40,550 bases of DNA from a virus (Duplodnaviria > Caudoviricetes). Positions within the stretch are counted from its first letter, which is position 1. Every line of letters begins with the position of its first letter. The DNA is taken from positions 1 to 40,550 of the IMG/VR virus record IMGVR_UViG_3300037524_001137; one strand, written 5' to 3'. Shown here piece after piece: positions 34,279 to 40,550 of the stretch. The notes under the pieces were generated by a model. The model did not search any database. It saw only the letters and a program-made list of their open reading frames with translations, and was not told the origin of the DNA. Position numbers and translations under genes: made by a program.

Positions 34279-34757
34279 TCGCCCATAGCCCTCTGTAAAG
34301 CACCTACTGCGTCAGCAAGCAGCCGATCACGCCATCCACGCTTCGTATATCGCGGCTCGTGCTTAACATGATTTGCCGTGCCCCTTTCAATCATGCCGTT
34401 TGGTGGCGCATACAGCGAACAGCCTAGCTGCCACCAGCGTTGGTCCCAGTCAATGACAGCATAGCAACCTTTGTACTCCAGCTCCTCGATCAATCTCCCG
34501 CCCCTGTAACTGTGCTTTGAATGCTTCATGCCATCAGGCAGGCTAACCAAGTGTGTTAATCTCGCTGTCATTTCATCTCCTTCATCGTAGCCTTGCCTTA
34601 ACAACGGGCAGTCATTGACGAAGCATCCGTATTTGTTACTGGGGTGGTAGCACTCTATCTCGGTTGGGCTTTTGTAGTCGCAGTGTTCGGACAGGCGATT
34701 GAACGCATGAAGCACGTACTCAATGCGCATGTGGAAATCGTCGGGGTGCTCTTTCAT
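34275..34757 (-). CDS. Hypothetical protein with internal RBS/start at 34571
   Basis: ATGA-coupled to nrdB; internal AAGGAGATGAA-ATG in frame. Confidence 0.55.
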   Translation of the reverse strand: MKEHPDDFHMRIEYVLHAFNRLSEHCDYKSPTEIECYHPSNKYGCFVNDCPLLRQGYDEGDEMTARLTHLVSLPDGMKHSKHSYRGGRLIEELEYKGCYAVIDWDQRWWQLGCSLYAPPNGMIERGTANHVKHEPRYTKRGWRDRLLADAVGALQRAMGE

Positions 34758-35827
34758 TTCATGCCTTCCAGCGGGTCGGCCCAATCGTGTTCTTGTGCGT
34801 CAAAATTAGAAAACAAATCACTGGCAAGCTGATACTCTGAAACCCTGCGCTCAAAAAAATTGGTTTCTCGATGAAGCTCTACTGTTTCTGAAACCCATGG
34901 CAAAGTCGGTTCCGCTTGTGCAAAATCAGGATGTTCAAGTTGCAACCGGCGAAGGTTGACTCTCATTAGGTGCTTGCAGTGTTCGATGTAGGCATCAGCA
35001 CTCAGGCCGGGCAAATCAATGTATGTATGCCGGGCAAATTCTTCTTCTAGTTTAATGCCGCGAGTGGCGATACTAAAAATTCCTTCAGTGACATAAGATA
35101 AGTCTAGCTGTGGATTTTCTTTAATGATGTCGGCAATCACGGTCAAGCCTACGGAAAAATGAAGCTGCTCGTCACGCCTGATGTATTGGAACTGGTCACC
35201 AGTTCCAAGCATTGTGCGGTGGAACCGACTAGGGTAAGTCCCCGCCGAAAGGCCCATGTAAAACCAGTTACCCTCTAGCACCAAAGCAAAGAAGACATAA
35301 GCCAGGATAAATTTTTCCAACTCGCCTGGCTTGCTGATGTCGTCTATCTCATCCAACCATCGGGCATATTTAGCCGCCTCCGCTATCTTGGCGTATAGGG
35401 TTTCTTCTTGAAGATAGCGGCCAAACACCTCGTCCGGGTTAAGCCCGATCTCATCCGCCAGCAAGGTATAGGTGTCGGTATGGATGGCTTCTTGCTGGCC
35501 TTGCAGGGCCAGCCATTGCCGCAATTCCGGGGCCGTGGCGTGGCGCATGATGGATACGTCGATGGCTTCCGTCACTACCATATCCATGGTTGTCAGCATC
35601 GAAAACAGCCAGTCGTATTGATGGCGAACATTGGACGGCAGTTCACGATATTCCAGCTTGTCCTTTCCGACTCCAATCTCTTCAGGAAGCCAAAAATTCA
35701 GCCGCGCTTTTTTATAAATGGCATAGAGCCATTTATATTTTAACGGTAACAAGGCTTGTGTAGCCGGTCCACCAACTAGGCGGCGATCATTGATAGACGT
35801 TATTTGCTTAAACTCAGGTACGTGCAT
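34754..35827 (-). CDS. nrdB: Ribonucleotide reductase class I beta (R2) subunit
   Basis: FWLPEEI, D ligand (TTMD), EAIH..TY (radical Tyr), LEG, RDEQLH, C-terminal NFFERRVSEYQ. Confidence 0.9.
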   Translation of the reverse strand: MHVPEFKQITSINDRRLVGGPATQALLPLKYKWLYAIYKKARLNFWLPEEIGVGKDKLEYRELPSNVRHQYDWLFSMLTTMDMVVTEAIDVSIMRHATAPELRQWLALQGQQEAIHTDTYTLLADEIGLNPDEVFGRYLQEETLYAKIAEAAKYARWLDEIDDISKPGELEKFILAYVFFALVLEGNWFYMGLSAGTYPSRFHRTMLGTGDQFQYIRRDEQLHFSVGLTVIADIIKENPQLDLSYVTEGIFSIATRGIKLEEEFARHTYIDLPGLSADAYIEHCKHLMRVNLRRLQLEHPDFAQAEPTLPWVSETVELHRETNFFERRVSEYQLASDLFSNFDAQEHDWADPLEGMK

Positions 35828-35887
35828 GGGTAAGACCTTTAGGCGAAGGATTCGAGCTGGTAAGAGTCGCAAGGGCCGAGTAGGGGT

Positions 35888-35923
35888 TTAGGGTTGTGCA
35901 TTTTCTTCTCCGCTTGTTTTGTG
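35888..35923 (-). repeat. 36-bp dispersed repeat (other copy 37354-37389) containing an RBS and ATG
   Basis: CACAAAACAAGCGGAGAAGAAAATGCACAACCCTAA is identical in both places. Confidence 0.85.
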
Positions 35924-35951
35924 CACGTGCTTCGTCATAACCGCCGCCCTT

Positions 35952-36167
35952 TTAATCCACTCGGCACACCGGGTCTCCCATACGGTTAACCGGATCGTAT
36001 GTGGCCCAGAACCGTTGATAAATCTCATTTGGTTTTAGTATGCAACGGTAGGCGAGCCTCGGCTCTTTAAGCGTGCATCGTTTGCCGCCTACCATGGTTT
36101 CAACATCCAAATCCCCGTGCTCCTCTTTTATTGCCTGGAGCATTTCGATCAGTTCGCTGATTTTCAT
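35952..36167 (-). CDS. Hypothetical phage protein
   Basis: MKISELIEMLQAIKEEHGDLDV, a common phage N-terminus; GGAGG RBS. Confidence 0.7.
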   Translation of the reverse strand: MKISELIEMLQAIKEEHGDLDVETMVGGKRCTLKEPRLAYRCILKPNEIYQRFWATYDPVNRMGDPVCRVD

Positions 36168-36217
36168 AGATCCTCCCAAGAGAACGGGTCTAGCTTGTTT
36201 GTGCTAGGTTGTTGAAA

Positions 36218-36607
36218 TCAGTCGCCAGCCCACACCCCGTCAGGCCGCATCCGCGCCAGTGCCAGGCACTGCAGCAGTGCCTGCTTGGCATTGCCTTCCG
36301 TCGACTCCCAGTAGTTTTTGGAAACATCATCGCCGAGCTGCGCGATAGCCTTCTCTAGCACTGGGATAGATTCCGCTCCGGTCAGACCGTAGATCGACCG
36401 AATGCCGCCACGCTTGGAGTCCTCGTCACTCTCAGTGTCCAGAGCTGGGATCACTCGGTAAAAGTGCTCGGAGTAGTTGTAGGTGATGTTGATGCAGGCC
36501 GTGGTGCAGCCGCCCAGGCAATACGTCCCGCCTTTCATGTGGTGTGGCGCATCCAGTTCCAGGGTTGCGCCGGTGATAGGGTCAATCAGCCCAAGGTCGT
36601 AACTCAT
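36218..36607 (-). CDS. Conserved phage hypothetical protein
   Basis: MSYD...NITYNYS...IYGLTGAESIPVL...YW..TEGNA...PDGVW; TGATG coupling. Confidence 0.75.
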   Translation of the reverse strand: MSYDLGLIDPITGATLELDAPHHMKGGTYCLGGCTTACINITYNYSEHFYRVIPALDTESDEDSKRGGIRSIYGLTGAESIPVLEKAIAQLGDDVSKNYWESTEGNAKQALLQCLALARMRPDGVWAGD

Positions 36608-36876
36608 CACTCAATCTCCAGTAATTCAGTCACCACGTCCAGCAGTTTGTTGGCGGTTCTGCCGGGGTCTCCGTACAAGCTGGCCAGCGCCTTTAGCTCT
36701 CTGAGCGCCTGCTTGTGTTTGTCTGGGGCAGTCATCACGCCGTTTGGCCTACTTAGCTGCTCTATCTGACGCTCCATTGTCTGGACTGCACCAGAGCACT
36801 CCCCAAGCTGCCGTTCCAACTCCATGATGCGCTGCGCATAAGCAGCGCATTGTTCAGCCAAGTCTTGAAAGCTCAT
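36607..36876 (-). CDS. Coiled-coil hypothetical protein
   Basis: 89 aa, upstream GGAG SD-like sequence. Confidence 0.65.
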   Translation of the reverse strand: MSFQDLAEQCAAYAQRIMELERQLGECSGAVQTMERQIEQLSRPNGVMTAPDKHKQALRELKALASLYGDPGRTANKLLDVVTELLEIE

Positions 36877-36888
36877 CTCTCTGCTCCT

Positions 36889-37125
36889 TCACTTTATCCG
36901 CTTTACCTCGGCCAGCACGCTTTTGAAATCATCCGCCGCCAGGCGAATATCCATGCTGCTGCCTTCCGTGACTCGCATTTTGTCAGGCGCCCCCCACCTG
37001 CCGACATTGGCGCCCTCCCGGTCATCTTTGAGTGGACGGTATGCCAGCGCACCGATCAGATTATCAAAGCGACGCCTAAGCTCTGCATGAATCGCATCGA
37101 GTTGTGCTTTTTCGATTACAGGCAT
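36889..37125 (-). CDS. Hypothetical protein
   Basis: 78 aa, AGGAG RBS. Confidence 0.65.
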   Translation of the reverse strand: MPVIEKAQLDAIHAELRRRFDNLIGALAYRPLKDDREGANVGRWGAPDKMRVTEGSSMDIRLAADDFKSVLAEVKRIK

Positions 37126-37142
37126 TTCAGTTCTCCTAATTG

Positions 37143-37367
37143 TTATCGGCTTAAGCCGCGCTTTTTGAGTTCTTCGGCCAGTGTTATGCCGCGCTCTACG
37201 TGCTCACGGTCATTAAGCCAGTGCTCGTCTACCTCCCCCCAGCAGTTGTCGCAGATCCAGGAGTTGGTTTTCTTTGACCAGAACAGATCCGTAGCCGGCC
37301 AACTGTATTCGTCTGCGCATATTGCACAGCTATACATCGGGTCTGGCAGGGGCTTAGGGTTGTGCAT
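37143..37367 (-). CDS. Small Zn-finger-like protein
   Basis: CAIC...WICDNC; start follows a GGAG RBS. Confidence 0.65.
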   Translation of the reverse strand: MHNPKPLPDPMYSCAICADEYSWPATDLFWSKKTNSWICDNCWGEVDEHWLNDREHVERGITLAEELKKRGLSR

Positions 37368-37396
37368 TTTCTTCTCCGCTTGTTTTGTGTGCGTAG

Positions 37397-37609
37397 TCAC
37401 AGGGCCGCCACGCTATATTCAAAAATGACGGCATTCAGCGACCCCGTTGCCTGGCTAATCTGTTCAGAATCAAGCCCTGCATAAAGCGTTGTCGCTACCG
37501 CGTCGCAATGTTGACGCACAAGGCTGTCGCTCAGGCCTGGAAAATCATGTCTTACGACACGGGTGAAGATGAACGCCCAGTTTTCCAGCAGTAGATCATG
37601 TTTCGTCAT
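37397..37609 (-). CDS. Hypothetical protein
   Basis: 70-aa co-oriented ORF. Confidence 0.55.
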   Translation of the reverse strand: MTKHDLLLENWAFIFTRVVRHDFPGLSDSLVRQHCDAVATTLYAGLDSEQISQATGSLNAVIFEYSVAAL

Positions 37610-37621
37610 GGTTATTTTTCA

Positions 37622-37849
37622 TTAAAACGGGATTAACGGTATCCACCGATCACAGCCAACCCGTTGCACATGGACCGGCACGTTATCACCCCATTGATCG
37701 CACCATTGATCAGAGGATTTGTAGCGATCACATAGATCACAGCTACGTCGCGTAGGGAGGACTTCAATCAGGGTGATGATGGTGCGCAACAGGTTTAGTA
37801 GCTCCTCTTTCTTGTCTGGGGTGAATTGGATGAATGGGTTAGAACTCAT
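37622..37849 (-). CDS. Small Cys-rich protein
   Basis: CDLC...C..W...VP......GCDRW..IPF, downstream of the helicase. Confidence 0.65.
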   Translation of the reverse strand: MSSNPFIQFTPDKKEELLNLLRTIITLIEVLPTRRSCDLCDRYKSSDQWCDQWGDNVPVHVQRVGCDRWIPLIPF

Positions 37850-39440
37850 AACCTGTTACCTCGGGATATTTCTTGCTCATATCGACATGGACAACCTTTG
37901 GGTTCCTCAATTTGTCGGTGTATTCGAGTGCCGCGGCAATGGTGATAGGGACGACTGTCCCGGGTGCCCGTTGCGCCCACCAGGTAACGGCTTTGGTGCG
38001 GGCATAGCCGCCAGGGTGTTCTAGGCAGATCCATTCGCTGGCGATGCGGAGGAATGGACCACGATAGGTCACGCGCAAGGTATCGGGTCCGCCATATTTC
38101 CCGGGCCAGCGTTGATACTCCACCGCATGCACGTTATGCCGTTCGATGCGTGGCCCGGTATCACTGCTCAGGATCGGCAGGTCGCAGGCGCTGGCGGCGT
38201 GCTTGGGAGTCAGGTCCACCGGAAACTCATGGCCGCACTCGGGGCAGGTGCGCACGGCGATGGCGAGGATGGTCTGGCAGTCGGGACAGGTGCGGGTCGG
38301 GGCCGCCTGGGGGCCGGGCTGCTTGGCGGAGGGCACCCAGGCTTTGACCTGATCGACCGGCCCATGGCGCAGGGTGTTGCCGGCAAAATCCAGCACCAAA
38401 CAATCGGTCTTGCCCGGCGCCCGGCGGGAACCGCGGCCCACTTGCTGCACGAAAAGCCCGGGCGATTGGGTTGGCCTGAGCATCACCAGCAGGTCGGTGT
38501 CGGGTACGTCAAAACCCGTAGTCAAGACATTGGCATTGGTGAGGGCGCGTAACCGCCCGGTCTTGAAGTCGTTGATTAGGGCGTCGCGTTCTGCCAGTGG
38601 AGTCTTTCCTGTAACACAACCGGCGCTGATGCCGCGTTCCCGTAGAGCGGCGGCGATATGCTGGGCATGGTCTACCCCGGCACAAAACACCAGCCATTTC
38701 TTGCGCTCCCGGCCCAGGTCCAGGGTTTCATCCAGGGCGGCTTGCGTGACTTCCTCCCGGTCCACCGCTGCCTCCAGTTGCTTGGCGACAAATTCACCCT
38801 GACGGATGGCGACCCCGGAGACATCCAGTTGCGTGGCCATGCGCTTGCTGATCAGGGGCGACAGGTAGCCGTCACGGATCAGGTCCAACATGTTGACTTC
38901 GTGGGCGACGGCATTGAATAGGGCCTCATCACCATGGCACAGACTACCGGAGGCAGTACGCCAGGGGGTAGCGGTTAGGCCGACTACTCGCAGGGCAGGA
39001 TTGATCTTGGTGGCCTCGTCCAGGAAGGCGCGATAGATCCCGACGGACTTGTTTGACACAAGATGCACCTCGTCAATGAGGATCAGGTCGAATCGCCCCA
39101 GGTGCCAGGCTTTGTTATGCACCGACTGAATGCCAGCGAAGATCACCGGCTCGAAGGTGGCGCGGGATTTCAGGCCCGCGGAGTGAATGCCAAGCGGTGC
39201 CCTGGGCCAGACGGTCAGGAGCTTGTCAGCATTCTGGCGGATCAGTTCACGGACATGCGTCAGCATTAGAATCCGGGTGCCTGGCCATTGCTGCAAGGAT
39301 TCCTGCACCAGTAGGGCCAGGATAACGGCCTTGCCGGCGCCGGTAGGCAGGACCAGCAGGGGATTACCGGCTGGGTTGGCATTGAACCAGGCGTAAAGGG
39401 CGTCGATGCTCTCACGCTGATAGGGGCGGGGTTGGATCAT
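37839..39440 (-). CDS. SF2 DEAD/DEAH helicase (RadD/YejH-like) with Zn finger
   Basis: PRPYQ, PTGAGK, DEVH, GLTATP, TTGFDVP, QQVGRGSR, CPDC..CPECG. Confidence 0.92.
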   Translation of the reverse strand: MIQPRPYQRESIDALYAWFNANPAGNPLLVLPTGAGKAVILALLVQESLQQWPGTRILMLTHVRELIRQNADKLLTVWPRAPLGIHSAGLKSRATFEPVIFAGIQSVHNKAWHLGRFDLILIDEVHLVSNKSVGIYRAFLDEATKINPALRVVGLTATPWRTASGSLCHGDEALFNAVAHEVNMLDLIRDGYLSPLISKRMATQLDVSGVAIRQGEFVAKQLEAAVDREEVTQAALDETLDLGRERKKWLVFCAGVDHAQHIAAALRERGISAGCVTGKTPLAERDALINDFKTGRLRALTNANVLTTGFDVPDTDLLVMLRPTQSPGLFVQQVGRGSRRAPGKTDCLVLDFAGNTLRHGPVDQVKAWVPSAKQPGPQAAPTRTCPDCQTILAIAVRTCPECGHEFPVDLTPKHAASACDLPILSSDTGPRIERHNVHAVEYQRWPGKYGGPDTLRVTYRGPFLRIASEWICLEHPGGYARTKAVTWWAQRAPGTVVPITIAAALEYTDKLRNPKVVHVDMSKKYPEVTGYEF

Positions 39441-39631
39441 TCCGCCTTTTCTCCTTCGTCATGCGCCAGTTCAGCAAAGCCGGGGTGCTGGGAACAGGTG
39501 TGGTAGGCGCTGACATAACGACGCACGTCGATACTGTCCGGGCAGCGACACAGGCCCTCGGGCTGACCGCGATAGCGCACCGTGGCCAGGTCCCAATGGG
39601 GGCAGGAATCGCAGTTGATACGTTGGGTCAT
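39437..39631 (-). CDS. Small Cys-rich protein
   Basis: CDSCPHW...GLC...TC; ATGA-coupled on both sides. Confidence 0.6.
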   Translation of the reverse strand: MTQRINCDSCPHWDLATVRYRGQPEGLCRCPDSIDVRRYVSAYHTCSQHPGFAELAHDEGEKAE

Positions 39632-40550
39632 GGGGCTAGGCTCGCGTCAAATGCCTTCTGAATCTGTCCAGCGACCGGATCAGCAAACAGGGCTGGGTTG
39701 GTGGCAATCTGGGTGCTGTGCCAGCCACCAGGTCCATTGATGAATTGATGCTCTTGAAATTCGCCTTGGTAAATGATGCTTCCGGCAACCTCATCGGCGT
39801 CAACGGCTACCCAGGGCAACAGGGCAGGAATGAAGACATGCTGCACGCATTCAGCGCCTCGGCGTTGTACATCTGCCGGCAGATCGGTGGCATAACGGGC
39901 GCAGGACCAGCGACCATCACCATCCAGTTCAGGGGTAGCATGGGCGCAGGTGCGACAATTGACTTGCGGGACACGGGGGCCAGTGGTCTGATGGCACAAG
40001 TCGCGGTGGTTGCACCACTGGCACTGATACCAGTCTGGCCGATCACTGATCCTGGCCGGAGGTTCAGGAGAGGTGATGATGCGGTGCGCCTTGGCCAGCA
40101 GGGTCTCGGCGGTTGCCGAGTCGGCGTGGGTGCGCACCGAAACGGTATGGCGTCCGCCCGGAGTGGCGCAGGTCAGATAATGACGGGAGAGATTCAGGAG
40201 GTGCATATAGATAATGGCCTGGGCGTGATAGACCGCATCCCAGGCGGCCAGAGCGCCCTGCTCGCCATGCTCTTGTTTGGCCTTGATCAAGGCCGCCTGT
40301 TTCTTCTCGTCGGTCTGCTTATGCTCCCAGACGTGCCAGGTGGCAGGCGCTTGCAGCAACCCGTGGATGACACCATCCGCATGACCGCGCAGGTGACCAC
40401 CCACGGCCTGACAAGCGAACTGCTCGCCGGTGCGGGGGTCGACGGTATGTAGTTCGATCACTGACACCAGGCGGAGCCGTTCCGCCTGTAGGGCTTCGCC
40501 ACGGTGCCCGTCCTCGAATCGCTTGAGAGTCACCGCGTCCCAGGCCGGGG
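39628..40550 (-). CDS. PD-(D/E)XK exonuclease (Cas4-like phage nuclease), 5'-truncated
   Basis: GHADG...WEHK...AQAIIYM...CQWC.HRDLC...CRTC; reading frame runs off the window. Confidence 0.8.
   Translation of the reverse strand, partial: PAWDAVTLKRFEDGHRGEALQAERLRLVSVIELHTVDPRTGEQFACQAVGGHLRGHADGVIHGLLQAPATWHVWEHKQTDEKKQAALIKAKQEHGEQGALAAWDAVYHAQAIIYMHLLNLSRHYLTCATPGGRHTVSVRTHADSATAETLLAKAHRIITSPEPPARISDRPDWYQCQWCNHRDLCHQTTGPRVPQVNCRTCAHATPELDGDGRWSCARYATDLPADVQRRGAECVQHVFIPALLPWVAVDADEVAGSIIYQGEFQEHQFINGPGGWHSTQIATNPALFADPVAGQIQKAFDASLAP

Noticed and set aside
39628-40550. Cas4 as evidence of CRISPR-Cas
   Set aside because: Its context beside an SF2 helicase is the ordinary phage replication/recombination module.

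Overview
The whole window is part of a temperate, contractile-tailed phage genome of a GC-rich, probably Gram-negative (proteobacterial) host. Phage genes flank the integrase and candidate att region on both sides, so it appears to be in the excised (attP) configuration. Plus strand (1-32.0 kb): an unusually complex lysis cassette of about 11 genes (M15 peptidase, lysozyme-like endolysin, several membrane microproteins, an overlapping lipoprotein), a 1600-aa Ala/Thr/Gly repeat fibre-like protein, neck genes, a SPO1/Twort (Herelleviridae)-like sheath, tube and chaperone with a likely +1 frameshift, a tape measure with a lysozyme domain, baseplate genes, a split DUF4815-type protein and tail fibres. 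At 32.0-32.3 kb is a candidate attP whose core mimics a tRNA-Glu anticodon arm, followed by a complete tRNA-Glu(TTC) with an 8-nt T-loop. Minus strand (32.3-40.5 kb): tyrosine integrase, xis-like gene, small accessory genes with duplicated modules, an unpartnered RNR beta subunit, an SF2 helicase and a PD-(D/E)XK nuclease. Best leads: (1) a possible integration strategy that disrupts the host tRNA and supplies a whole replacement, (2) a GTCGTGAC-NN-YAnnnT candidate late promoter upstream of five structural gene blocks, (3) the hidden lysis microgenes. Family assignments come from recalled motifs, not database searches.
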